Of a stretch of DNA of 55,423 bases, positions 1-8,698 are shown piece after piece. Position numbers and translations under genes: made by a program. Location of the stretch: positions 1-55,423 of the IMG/VR virus record IMGVR_UViG_3300042892_000300; one strand, 5' to 3'. The DNA comes from a virus. Taxonomy: Duplodnaviria; Caudoviricetes. Position 1 is the stretch's first letter; the number at the start of each line of letters is the position of its first letter. The notes under the pieces were generated by a model, which was given only the letters and a program-made list of their open reading frames with translations, did not search any database and had not been told where the DNA came from.

Positions 1-259
1 CAAAGGCCACATTGGTGATGCTCACCAGCCCTGTACCGTTAGGGGTAAGGTTGATGTTGCCGTTGGTGTTGGTTGAAGCAATGGTGTTACCACTAAAGCG
101 AATATTCCCGACTGATGTCGAGACCGTACCAATCTTCACGGCTGTCGCCACACCGGTACCACTATAGAGGGTTTTTTCCGTGGCTTCAGGACCGCCGTTG
201 ACGTGCATCAACTGACCAAATGTGACATTGATCGCGGAGCCAGTGAGGTTAGTGGGCAT
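1..259 (-). CDS. Virion structural/fibre-like protein, 3'-truncated by window edge
   Basis: Read by hand (not in ORF track): ATG at 259, MPTNLTGSAINVTFGQLMHV...GNIRFSGNTIASTNTNGNINLTPNGTG, open to position 1; directly downstream of capsid genes. Confidence 0.7.
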   Translation of the reverse strand, partial: MPTNLTGSAINVTFGQLMHVNGGPEATEKTLYSGTGVATAVKIGTVSTSVGNIRFSGNTIASTNTNGNINLTPNGTGLVSITNVAF

Positions 260-290
260 CGTTCAAGCCTTTAATTCTGCGTAGGGTGAA

Positions 291-323
291 TGGGGCTGTC
301 ACCCTATATAGATGACAGCCCCA
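291..323 (-). terminator. Intergenic hairpin (terminator or mRNA stabiliser)
   Basis: TGGGGCTGTCA (291-301) / TGACAGCCCCA (313-323) just after the stop of 330..815; weak U tail. Confidence 0.5.
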
Positions 324-329
324 AGCTCA

Positions 330-815
330 TCAGTTGCAGTCGGCGACGATAGCCCACACGCGAACGACAGCCAGATCAGCCGCGTTCACAGTCGTCACGT
401 CGATGGTGTCGGCGGCACTGTAGTACTTACCGAAACCGAAAGCTGGCGAGAGCGTGTTTGGTGCGCCTTCAACCAGCGTGACCGTCGTCGATGAGTAACC
501 TGCTGCCGTGTTACCGTTGACACCGTCGAGGAAGCCGTCGGGGTCAACACCATCGCCAACGTCGAGGGTCAGCGTACCGCCCTCAGCCTTGGTAACATCC
601 ACACCGACAGCAATGACCTGAGTCTTTGCCGGGATGCGGAGGACTTCGAGCACGTCGCCAGCGCCGAGAGCGGTGGCACCAGCGGCGGCGCGAGCAGCAG
701 TGATAGCTGCAAAGTCAAGATCGACTTCGATGCGGGTCAGGCGATGCAGACCGTTATCCGGGTACGCCGCAGCGGTGCCCTTATTGAAGCCGAGCGAGTC
801 AGTATAAGTAGCCAT
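330..815 (-). CDS. Putative capsid decoration/cement protein
   Basis: 161 aa beta-rich protein directly after the major capsid gene (GGTLTLDVGD...YYSAADTIDV). Confidence 0.6.
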   Translation of the reverse strand: MATYTDSLGFNKGTAAAYPDNGLHRLTRIEVDLDFAAITAARAAAGATALGAGDVLEVLRIPAKTQVIAVGVDVTKAEGGTLTLDVGDGVDPDGFLDGVNGNTAAGYSSTTVTLVEGAPNTLSPAFGFGKYYSAADTIDVTTVNAADLAVVRVWAIVADCN

Positions 816-837
816 TCTTCTAACCTTTCATTGTAGA

Positions 838-857
838 TGGGGGGCCGAGGCCCCCCA
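838..857 (-). other. GC-rich hairpin after major capsid gene
   Basis: TGGGGGGC-CGAG-GCCCCCCA, 8-bp stem, no U tract; probable 3' stabilising stem. Confidence 0.55.
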
Positions 858-860
858 CCA

Positions 861-1784
861 TCAGAACTGGATGACAGCCGTCGAGAGAGCTTCCGGCTTC
901 ACAACCTTGTAGCCATATACCTGAAGACCACGGATGATGTTACCGAAGGTCGTTTCAGAGCGGATGGTCTCCATGTTGGTCATCTGCGATGCAAACGTGA
1001 AGCCCATCTTGTGGCCCGAGACAATGTTGTACTTACCCGAACTCACATACAGGTTGTGGCTCACATACAGCGTGAAGCGGTCGATCATACCGAGACGACC
1101 GTTGCGGAGCGGAGTGACGCTATCGCCGGTCAGCGAGGCGTCCTTCAGTTCCGACTTCTTGATGAGGCCAGCCATCTTGGCCGGGATCACCAGAAAGCGG
1201 TCGGCTTCCGGGCAGTTTGCTTCGTCGAGCACGGTACCCATATCAACGATCAGGTCGATAACCGACGTGGTCGCGGAAGCACCATCCTTGGTGACAGTCA
1301 ACGGCGAACCGGTGGTGCCGAGGTTGAACGAAGCCGACTGCTCGCCAGCGGTAGCACCCTTGTTAAAAGCACCGATACCCGGCAGGATGTCGGTCAACAC
1401 GCGCTGATCGATCTTGATCTTCATACGCTCAGAAGCGTCCTTCGACCAAGTGTCCATCATGTTGATGTCCGACTGGACCTTATCAACATCGTCTTCGACG
1501 CAAGCAAAATACTCGCCCTTGTCGATGACAAGCTGAATCTTCGGCTTATCGGGGTTGTCAACCGTCAGCGCCTGACCCTTGATGTAGTCACGGATGACAA
1601 TCTCAGGCGTGGTGCGGATGTTGACGGTGTCGCCGTACTGGCGGATTTCACCTTCATAGGTGGTGTTCGAGATCGCTGCGAGCACGGTGGCATCGTAGAA
1701 GTTCTCGATCAGTTTACCCGACCAGATTTCGGGGATGAAGTTGCCCGAGTAGTTCGGACGACCGGGGGAATTAGGAAACGCCAT
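861..1784 (-). CDS. Major capsid protein (P22 coat-like, HK97 fold)
   Basis: FIPEIWSGKL, YEGEI..GDTV.I, G.LGMIDRF.LY.S.N and RGLQVYG.KVV.PEAL motifs; follows scaffold. Confidence 0.9.
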   Translation of the reverse strand: MAFPNSPGRPNYSGNFIPEIWSGKLIENFYDATVLAAISNTTYEGEIRQYGDTVNIRTTPEIVIRDYIKGQALTVDNPDKPKIQLVIDKGEYFACVEDDVDKVQSDINMMDTWSKDASERMKIKIDQRVLTDILPGIGAFNKGATAGEQSASFNLGTTGSPLTVTKDGASATTSVIDLIVDMGTVLDEANCPEADRFLVIPAKMAGLIKKSELKDASLTGDSVTPLRNGRLGMIDRFTLYVSHNLYVSSGKYNIVSGHKMGFTFASQMTNMETIRSETTFGNIIRGLQVYGYKVVKPEALSTAVIQF

Positions 1785-1800
1785 GACTTAACCTTTCTAA

Positions 1801-2829
1801 TCAAGCATTTACAACAATGCGGCCTTCTCGTTGCGCCGCAAAAATGTCGTGTTCAGTACGATCCCGCTCCTGCTCGCGACCCTTGTACTTACCTGACCGC
1901 ACGTCATCGAAGAACTTCTTGATGTCGTCGGGCGAATAGGTCTTGGGCTGCTTGGACGATGATGCACTGGAACCGCGTGAGCGACCCGGGGCAACTTGCC
2001 GTTCAAGCTCGTTTGAAGCAGCGGAGGTGGATTGAGCAACAGAGGCTTGTCCAGTGGACTCAAGCCAAGTTTGGAAGAACGCACTTACCCGATGCGCATC
2101 GAGTGCTCGTTGGGCATCTTCAAGGTATGTCTGTCGTGCAACACCGGTCAGCGGATCGACATCGAGGAGCCAAGACTGAAAGCCTTGGTCATCGTTGACG
2201 TTGCGCCAAGACGGTACGTAGTTCGTCAGATCGGACCAGAACTGCTGCTCAGCCGATACCTGCTGACGCTGAGCGACAGCCTGCACCTGCGGGACAACAC
2301 TTGTCTGCATCTGCTGGAGGAGACCCTCAATCTGGGCAAGGCGCTGAGCTACGGGAACAAGTTCCTCGCGGCTAACTTTGCGCATCACGTCGAGTGATTC
2401 GCCGTACTCAGTTACGTCCTGATCCGTCACATACCGCTGGGGCTGTTCCGTATCCTTGGACTTCTGAGCGGCAGTTGAACCCTGTTGAGACAGAGTCGCC
2501 AGCAGTTGTTCCATCTGCGAGACACGCTGCTCCAGTTCAGACTTCTGCCGAACTGTAGCGTTGTACGACCCCTGAAGGGACCGCCATCTCTGAGCATAGG
2601 TATCAGAGTTCTCATCTTCCGAGTTTGGTGCGCCGGTAGTGTGCTCGTCTCCCGGTGCCTGAGCAGCATTCTCGTTAGCGTCAGCGTCAGCCTGTGGTGT
2701 GCTTTGGGCAGTGTCAACGGTTTCCTCTCTGGCCTCAGCGTTATCGCTTGTGCCAGCTTCCCCGTTAAGCTGCTTGTACAACTCCTGCACAGCTTCGGAC
2801 TGCTTACGAACTTGCTCTGGAAGTGCCAT
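1801..2829 (-). CDS. Capsid scaffolding protein
   Basis: 342 aa acidic, Gln-rich coiled coil between portal and capsid. Confidence 0.75.
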   Translation of the reverse strand: MALPEQVRKQSEAVQELYKQLNGEAGTSDNAEAREETVDTAQSTPQADADANENAAQAPGDEHTTGAPNSEDENSDTYAQRWRSLQGSYNATVRQKSELEQRVSQMEQLLATLSQQGSTAAQKSKDTEQPQRYVTDQDVTEYGESLDVMRKVSREELVPVAQRLAQIEGLLQQMQTSVVPQVQAVAQRQQVSAEQQFWSDLTNYVPSWRNVNDDQGFQSWLLDVDPLTGVARQTYLEDAQRALDAHRVSAFFQTWLESTGQASVAQSTSAASNELERQVAPGRSRGSSASSSKQPKTYSPDDIKKFFDDVRSGKYKGREQERDRTEHDIFAAQREGRIVVNA

Positions 2830-2865
2830 GTTAATTGCTCCAATCTGTGAGCTTGATTAGTCGGC

Positions 2866-3081
2866 TCATAAGTCAGCCGCTAGATTAGGGGCATCGGAGG
2901 CAAACTTCGTCAGTTCACCCAACACTTGGCATCTGCCCTGATAAATGCCAGTGTGTTCTACCGCGCTTGGTAGGCGACGAAGCTCCATCATCTCCCATTC
3001 CCGCAGCCAACTCAGAAGAATTGGAAACTGCCGGACGGAAGCTGCGAGAGCTTTCGTTACCTGTGGGTCAGGTCGGATCAC
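2866..3081 (-). CDS. Small conserved portal-adjacent protein
   Basis: 71 aa, GTGA overlap with portal stop; YQGR motif; typical position. Confidence 0.6.
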   Translation of the reverse strand: MIRPDPQVTKALAASVRQFPILLSWLREWEMMELRRLPSAVEHTGIYQGRCQVLGELTKFASDAPNLAADL

Positions 3082-5144
3082 GCCGCCGCCCCACTTACGC
3101 GGCTACTGACCGTGTTACCCGCCATTCCACCCTTGGGTTCTCCGCTTGGACCAGTGGCAACCGGCGCAGGCTGCTGTGTCTGCTGCATTGAGGCAGCAGC
3201 ACTCGCGGCGAGAGCCGTCTGTTGCTGGTTGTAGGCGAACTTCTCCCGGGATGGGACGACATCGTCCACGGGCATTTGCAACCCTTTGGCTATCTCGCGA
3301 AGGATCGCGGCACGGCCATCCACTCCAATGATGCCCATATCGAACTCATTGGCGGTTGCGTTGAGGAACTCGATGCGGCGGACGTTGACGGTCTCCTTGA
3401 CCGCGAGGTTGATGGCACCCTTCGCCATAACCTGAACGTCGCCCTTGATGCTTTCGTCGTCGTCGTAGCGCATGTTGTAGACGAACTGACGCTCGACAAT
3501 GGGCTTCACGACATCAGTATCGATGTGCATGACTACCTGCCGGATACCCTTACCTGCCGCGCCCATAAGCATGGACAGGCCCGATGATGTGCGGCCAGCG
3601 CCCTGTACGTTCAGGTCACCGTAGACATACGCTGGGATGCCCGAGTGGTCATCGGCAAGGCGTGAGAACTTCTCGTAGACTCCCATCAACTCAGTAGCCC
3701 GAGAGTCAGGCTGCGTGAACCGGATAGCCGGAGCCGACGACCCAACAGGATCGTTGATAGTCTGCCAGATTTTCCACGGTGAAAGCTGAGTGATATCCTC
3801 GTTTGCCGGGATGCGTTCAAGGTTGACCTCGACCTGCGGACCCGAGGCAATGCCCATGTTATTGACCAGTGCGCGAGCAGCAGCGTTGCACACACCTTGA
3901 AGGTCTTCGATGATCTCAGGGATACCCTTACCCCAGAACGCGCCGGGGCACTTGATGAAGCTCGTCTTGGCGTAGGGCTTCTCGCCCAGCGGGTCGTAGT
4001 TCAGCACTGCCTTGATGACGTAGTTGCCCACGATCCAGACATTGGCATCGTACTCCCGTGCTGAATCAGGCACGTCGTCTGTAGTCATGCCCCATTCGAT
4101 GAGCATCTTACCGCTGACTTTACCCCAAAACTCCAGCGCATCGTACTCAGTCGTCGGGCGCATGTAGCTGTAAAACTTGCGCTCTTCCTCGTCCTTCTGG
4201 AGTTCAACGTCTTCATTGATCCACGACTGGCCGTTGCCAATCTCAAGAACCTTGCGGATGGCGTCTTCGTCGTACCCGGGCACACCGATAAGATCAGACA
4301 GCGAAGTCCGCGAAAGCCGGTGATGCTCGAACAGATACCCTTCGTTGATGGTACTGATACCCGGCTCAGGGTACATGCGAAACGGATCGACGCGCTCGTA
4401 TTCAGGACCAAGCCGTTCAATCGGCTCTACTGTGGTGCGACCATCGGGCGAGGTCTTCCATCCTAGCGCCCGCTGCCGCCTCACAATCGGACCTTTGACG
4501 AACGCCGCCGGGAACGTAACGAGATCAGTGATGAAATCGTTGAACGCCGTTCCCCAGCCACCTTGCGCAAACTGGTCCTGAATCTTCGTCTTCATCTGGT
4601 CGGCGCGGTTCTGCGCCTGCCGGAGTATCTCAAAGCGGTAATCCTGCGAGATCATCTCCTTTAGCTCAGACATCTTTGCCTGAGATGGAGCCTGCCCCGT
4701 AGTCTGCACGATCTCCAGAACGCGCTCTGCAAAGTTGTTCTGCACCTCACGGGACTGTGTCGGCGAGAGATCAGGGATGGGTGTTGCGTTCAGGTCCCAC
4801 GGGGGCGACCCGTTGTCGAGCAGGATGTCACGCAGCCAGCTTTCCGCTGCCCTGCACTTCACCTCGGTGATCATCATGTAAAGCTCAGAGCCGCCCTGCC
4901 CTCTGATCTGCTGGAGCTTATCGGCCTCATACTCACCATTGCGCTGGCGCATGGCTGTGAGCATGATCTGCTCAATAGGACGCTTGGCCATCTCAGCCAC
5001 ATCCCAGCACTGTCGTAGGTAGCCGGTTAGCCCCAGTATAAGCGGCTGATTCTGGCGCTCTTGAAGCGCGCGATCAGTAGCTTCCTTCTCCTGACGAACA
5101 AGTTCGTCATTCCCGACTACGCGAAGGAAGGTAAGACCTGCCAC
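3078..5144 (-). CDS. Portal protein (P22-like)
   Basis: 688 aa; ERVDPFRMYPEP, FWGKGIPE, GAGRTSSGLSML motifs; between terminase and scaffold. Confidence 0.85.
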   Translation of the reverse strand: MAGLTFLRVVGNDELVRQEKEATDRALQERQNQPLILGLTGYLRQCWDVAEMAKRPIEQIMLTAMRQRNGEYEADKLQQIRGQGGSELYMMITEVKCRAAESWLRDILLDNGSPPWDLNATPIPDLSPTQSREVQNNFAERVLEIVQTTGQAPSQAKMSELKEMISQDYRFEILRQAQNRADQMKTKIQDQFAQGGWGTAFNDFITDLVTFPAAFVKGPIVRRQRALGWKTSPDGRTTVEPIERLGPEYERVDPFRMYPEPGISTINEGYLFEHHRLSRTSLSDLIGVPGYDEDAIRKVLEIGNGQSWINEDVELQKDEEERKFYSYMRPTTEYDALEFWGKVSGKMLIEWGMTTDDVPDSAREYDANVWIVGNYVIKAVLNYDPLGEKPYAKTSFIKCPGAFWGKGIPEIIEDLQGVCNAAARALVNNMGIASGPQVEVNLERIPANEDITQLSPWKIWQTINDPVGSSAPAIRFTQPDSRATELMGVYEKFSRLADDHSGIPAYVYGDLNVQGAGRTSSGLSMLMGAAGKGIRQVVMHIDTDVVKPIVERQFVYNMRYDDDESIKGDVQVMAKGAINLAVKETVNVRRIEFLNATANEFDMGIIGVDGRAAILREIAKGLQMPVDDVVPSREKFAYNQQQTALAASAAASMQQTQQPAPVATGPSGEPKGGMAGNTVSSRVSGAAA

Positions 5145-5174
5145 TCAACCACCTAAACAAGACATGTTCTGGGT

Positions 5175-5203
5175 AATTTAGCACGGTGTGTCTGTGTGTG
5201 CAA
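5175..5203 (-). promoter_or_regulatory. Sigma70-type promoter for portal/head operon
   Basis: - strand TTGCAC-N17-TAAATT, directly after a terminator and about 30 nt before the portal GTG. Confidence 0.6.
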
Positions 5204-5210
5204 CACACAA

Positions 5211-5253
5211 ACAAAAAAGCCCTCGGAGTCATAGCGAACTACACTCCGAGGGC
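5211..5253 (-). terminator. Rho-independent terminator ending the terminase operon
   Basis: GCCCTCGGAGT (5219-5229) / ACTCCGAGGGC (5243-5253) followed on - strand by TTTTTTGTTT. Confidence 0.8.
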
Positions 5254-5282
5254 CAGTCTGGGGGAGGAACATCGGGAAGAGA

Positions 5283-5492
5283 TTACTTCTTAAACGATCC
5301 GTAGCCGGTACCTGACGACGACAGCACCTTTGCCGGTGCCTTTGCCGGTGCCTTTGCCGGTGCCTTTGGCTTTGCTGGAAGACCCATGGCCTTCTCTTCA
5401 GCAAGGTTCAGTTTCTCCATTCGCTTGGCGCTCTCAACACTAGCGCCAATCGGCGGCATTTTACCCGGCATCACGATCTCCAGTGGTATCAC
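5283..5492 (-). CDS. Small basic protein with KAPA repeats
   Basis: 69 aa (alternative ATG at 5471); fills gap between terL and terminator. Confidence 0.55.
   Translation of the reverse strand: MIPLEIVMPGKMPPIGASVESAKRMEKLNLAEEKAMGLPAKPKAPAKAPAKAPAKVLSSSGTGYGSFKK
5325..5368. repeat. 12-bp tandem repeat (CCTTTGCCGGTG) x3+
   Basis: Visible in sequence; encodes KAPA repeats. Confidence 0.85.
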
Positions 5493-5504
5493 CGTGCCGG
5501 TGTA

Positions 5505-6893
5505 TCACGTCCAACCACCTGCTGCAACCTGCTTGATTTCACGCCGCTCAGCGAGTTGCCCCGCCTCACCGCCGCTGTGCATGTGGAGCGCCAGATACTG
5601 CAACGCCTCAGCGATATGTGAGTGCTTGTTCTTATCGATGACCCCATCAGCTTTCGGCTTATATCTATACCCACCCATCATCGCTGCCTTGAGTGCAGTG
5701 CATCGCGGGTCGAGCAGGAACCCCGGGTCACCGTCCACCTGCCGCATCAGATACTCATCGACCGCGTTGATCCGCGCCGAGACGTTGTTGGTCTTGGCCG
5801 CAATGACCTTGAACCCCTCAGCCTTGATGATGTCCACGGCGCTGCGCTCGTCGGTCTGCGCCCGCTGCGTACCCGCAGGATCGGTTACGATCAGCACCGG
5901 GGCACCGCTGAACTTCTCATAGAGCAGCGGCTTGAGTATCGTCCGGACAAACCGCTGAACACCCATGTCGAAGCTCGCTGCCTCGGCGAGTACGAGCATC
6001 CGCCCCCTCGGGTCTTGCTGTCCGATGACTGCCGCAGGTGTCAGACCCAAGTCCATACCGACGATTATGGGCCGTAGCCCGTTGGTAATACCACGTATGG
6101 GCTGCTTGGCCATGTGGTAGTCAGGGCGGAAGTATTTGTACACCGGCTGTCCGGCGCTTGACAGGCCGTACTCACCGTCGATGAAGACCCTGACATACTC
6201 CTCCGACCGACCCTGCGTATCGTAGTACCCGTCCGGCAGGTTCTCGATATTCTCGGCATAGGGACTGCGCCCCGAGGGCTGCTTGAACACATCCCAGCCA
6301 TTGTCGTTGGCGCTGACTGCGTCCTTGGGGTCCAGCTTCTCCATCTGGTAATACCACCATGTGTCCATAGTCGGCGGGTTGGTATCGCCCCACATCCCAT
6401 GCCATGAGGGACCGCCGTCCTTGGCCGACGGGAATCGCCCGATACGTTTGGACATGGCGTCAACGATATCTGGGTGGATATCCCGGCACTCGTTGAACCA
6501 CGCAAAGGTAAGTTCCAGCGAGTTGAGGTTGGCCACGTCATCGGCGTCATCGAGCGCCCGGAACATGATCTCGCACTCCACATCCCCGACCTTGAAGAAG
6601 TAGGTCTTCTTCGTCCGCATCCAGACCCCGCACTGACCCGGTGGGAACCAGTCGAGGAACGTCTTGATCGTCGTATCCTCAAGCTGCCGCGCCGTTTCGC
6701 GGACGACAACTGCCCGAGTGCGCCGCACCCCCCGGTCATCGGGCTTCTGCATCGACGCCCGCCGGATGATCTCGAACGAACAGGTCACTGACTTGCCTGA
6801 CCCAACAGGACCCATCAGGGTCCGCATCTTGGCGTCACTTTCCATGAACAGTTTGCCCGTAGGCGGTGGCGTATAGTTGATCTGAAGTGCCAT
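5505..6893 (-). CDS. terL: Terminase large subunit
   Basis: Walker A GPVGSGKS, Walker B-like AWFNE, DTNPP coupling motif, RNase H-like GMDLGLTPAA, C-terminal SHIAEALQY. Confidence 0.93.
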   Translation of the reverse strand: MALQINYTPPPTGKLFMESDAKMRTLMGPVGSGKSVTCSFEIIRRASMQKPDDRGVRRTRAVVVRETARQLEDTTIKTFLDWFPPGQCGVWMRTKKTYFFKVGDVECEIMFRALDDADDVANLNSLELTFAWFNECRDIHPDIVDAMSKRIGRFPSAKDGGPSWHGMWGDTNPPTMDTWWYYQMEKLDPKDAVSANDNGWDVFKQPSGRSPYAENIENLPDGYYDTQGRSEEYVRVFIDGEYGLSSAGQPVYKYFRPDYHMAKQPIRGITNGLRPIIVGMDLGLTPAAVIGQQDPRGRMLVLAEAASFDMGVQRFVRTILKPLLYEKFSGAPVLIVTDPAGTQRAQTDERSAVDIIKAEGFKVIAAKTNNVSARINAVDEYLMRQVDGDPGFLLDPRCTALKAAMMGGYRYKPKADGVIDKNKHSHIAEALQYLALHMHSGGEAGQLAERREIKQVAAGGWT

Positions 6894-7105
6894 CAGGGCC
6901 TCATTCTTTCCATCTCACGCTGCTCGCGACCGTCTAGTGCGTTATGGATGTAGATATCGTGCTCATACGGGTCTGCAACGGGTTCGCACCAGCAGTCGGG
7001 GAACGGTTCGTGGTCCGTGACATCGTCCCTCGGCATAATATGGGCGTGATAGCGCCCCGGCTCGTTCACTACGAGGGTTACCCACCTATTACCGGGATAG
7101 CCCAT
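6893..7105 (-). CDS. Hypothetical protein (His/Cys motif)
   Basis: ATG at 7105 preferred (MGYPGNRW...); H..P.DD...H....CWCEP...HNALDGRE; TGATG overlap with terL. Confidence 0.6.
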   Translation of the reverse strand: MGYPGNRWVTLVVNEPGRYHAHIMPRDDVTDHEPFPDCWCEPVADPYEHDIYIHNALDGREQREMERMRP

Positions 7106-7106
7106 G

Positions 7107-7286
7107 TCATCTATCCAGCAAAAGGACGAGGAACTCCCGTCCACGGCGCTTGGTTATGTTGATTTTGGTCTTGAACGACCGTCCAGTGGCAGTCAGCCCA
7201 GCCTCTAGTAGCTTTGCCGCCTCTGCTGTGGCCACGCGGTAGCATTTGTACCCCTCATATTCCTCAGTCGTAGTCAAAATCGTCAC
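7107..7286 (-). CDS. Small hypothetical protein (59 aa)
   Basis: Read by hand: GTG at 7286, MTILTTTEEYEGYKCY...FKTKINITKRRGREFLVLLLDR*; fills gap between neighbours. Confidence 0.6.
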   Translation of the reverse strand: MTILTTTEEYEGYKCYRVATAEAAKLLEAGLTATGRSFKTKINITKRRGREFLVLLLDR

Positions 7287-7749
7287 CGCTGCTCTCGATA
7301 ACCCGAGGCGAGGCGTCGATGACCCGCATATCGGCGGGCGATGTCCCCAGATTGATCATGATCTTGACGCCACCAGTGTTGGCCGTCTGGTCTTCTGTGC
7401 CCTTTGGCTCCAGTCCAGCCCACTTTACCGTTGATTTGATGAGATCAGCCTTGACCGCAGGGGATACCGCCGGGTCGTGAATCAACATGTAACTTGTTGT
7501 CAGGAGTTCTTCCGCTTGTGCACGCGCTTTGAGCCGGAACGACAGACCTTTTTCACGCACCTCGTCGCGGTATGTCTCGACACGTTTGAGGAAGATGCTG
7601 TCCTTGTTGAAGGCCAGCAGGGCATTGGCGTCGATCTTATGCCGCGTCTTGATTTCATCCAGCGTGTCACCACTACCCTCAAGGCATAGCGCGACATCGA
7701 ACGCGAGGCGGTCGGTCCACTTGGTCAGGTGTAGCGGGAGACTGTCCAT
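7264..7749 (-). CDS. Probable terminase small subunit
   Basis: 161 aa helical protein, first gene of the late arm upstream of terL; C-terminal GVKIMINLG beta-strand. Confidence 0.6.
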   Translation of the reverse strand: MDSLPLHLTKWTDRLAFDVALCLEGSGDTLDEIKTRHKIDANALLAFNKDSIFLKRVETYRDEVREKGLSFRLKARAQAEELLTTSYMLIHDPAVSPAVKADLIKSTVKWAGLEPKGTEDQTANTGGVKIMINLGTSPADMRVIDASPRVIESSGDDFDYD

Positions 7750-7755
7750 TAGGGG

Positions 7756-7784
7756 AGGCTAGCTGTTTTGAAGTGTAGGCACAA
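7756..7784 (-). promoter_or_regulatory. Late-arm promoter, probably giving a leaderless mRNA
   Basis: - strand TTGTGC-N17-TAGCCT, then 6 nt to ATG 7749; no Shine-Dalgarno. Confidence 0.5.
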
Positions 7785-7994
7785 GGGGGTTTGCTAGGTT
7801 AGCAAATCTGCTAACCTGCTAACTTTACACGTTGGTTTTTAGGGGCTTTGGTTTGAGCGGTTTACTACACTATGGGGGGGCCTCCGTTTGGCCAGTCCAT
7901 GTGCCCCCCTCCCCCCTACCGCTCGCGCCCGCGCGCCCGCGCGCATTGGCCCCTAAACTTTACTTATCCGTCAGCTTATGGGATAAAGAAAAGG

Positions 7995-8020
7995 TCAGCG
8001 AAGCAACACCGCTTCGCTGA
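7995..8020 (+). other. Perfect 10-bp hairpin in early leader
   Basis: TCAGCGAAGC-AACACC-GCTTCGCTGA. Confidence 0.7.
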
Positions 8021-8047
8021 TGGGAACGGGACTACAAGCCCCTGTCC

Positions 8048-8059
8048 CGCTCTTTGACA
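8048..8059 (+). promoter_or_regulatory. boxA-like antitermination element
   Basis: CGCTCTTTGACA versus boxA consensus (T/C)GCTCTT(T)AACA; in the leader of the first early gene. Confidence 0.6.
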
Positions 8060-8091
8060 TCGCTAGGGGCTTTATAACGTGGAGCATTACC

Positions 8092-8385
8092 ATGGCTATG
8101 AAGCGCAATGAAGTTAAGGCCGAGTTCACCAAAATGCCTTTGGAGAACATGTCAGCCCCAGTCCGCCAAAAAGCGGATGCATGGTTGAAGGCTGATGCCG
8201 CCGCCAAGGAAGCCAAAAAGGCTTTTCAGGACACGGCATCAGCAGCGGCCCGCAAGGCGAAGGTGATTGGCGCAGGCCAGTATCTTGCCTTCGGGATGGG
8301 TTTCGGCGGTGTCCCCGCCTATACCGTCAAGGACGTGGAAGCTCCCAAGGCAACCACATCCGCCGCAACCGGCCCTAAGTTCTAG
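8092..8385 (+). CDS. First early gene, basic hypothetical protein (97 aa)
   Basis: GGAG at 8081-8084 before ATG 8092; Ala/Lys-rich. Confidence 0.7.
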   Translation: MAMKRNEVKAEFTKMPLENMSAPVRQKADAWLKADAAAKEAKKAFQDTASAAARKAKVIGAGQYLAFGMGFGGVPAYTVKDVEAPKATTSAATGPKF

Positions 8386-8399
8386 GTCGAAGATCAACC

Positions 8400-8423
8400 G
8401 GGAGGGAGCGCAAGCTCCCTCCC
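8400..8423 (+). other. GNRA-capped 10-bp hairpin
   Basis: GGGAGGGAGC-GCAA-GCTCCCTCCC. Confidence 0.7.
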
Positions 8424-8443
8424 AACTTGAAGGAAGGCGTATC

Positions 8444-8521
8444 ATGAAACACCTAGCAAACTTGACATCCATACTGGCTGTCCTGACTATCTTCGTTCTA
8501 CTCTGGGTCGCAACACCCTAA
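8444..8521 (+). CDS. 25-aa single-pass membrane peptide
   Basis: AAGGAAGG RBS, MKHLANLTSILAVLTIFVLLWVATP*. Confidence 0.5.
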   Translation: MKHLANLTSILAVLTIFVLLWVATP

Positions 8522-8530
8522 CTTGACACT

Positions 8531-8564
8531 ACCCCACTGGCTTCGGCTGGTGGGGTTTTTCTTT
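8531..8564 (+). terminator. Rho-independent terminator
   Basis: ACCCCACTGGC-TTCG-GCTGGTGGGGT then TTTTCTTT. Confidence 0.85.
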
Positions 8565-8698
8565 GTCTGGAGAAGATGTAAAGTTGTGTGTTGTCGCCTG
8601 CGGCTCCCATACGTCGGGGGTTTATAGCTATACATGGCGCTGCAACACGCGGGATTACTCTGAAATGGGGGGATGTAAGGTTGGTTTATACGTTGTAA

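Noticed and set aside
837-1922. 361-aa + strand ORF and other long antisense ORFs (e.g. 21533..22471, 27951..28685, 16382..16924)
   Set aside because: Shadows of well-supported genes on the opposite strand, expected from GC-rich codon bias; no motifs
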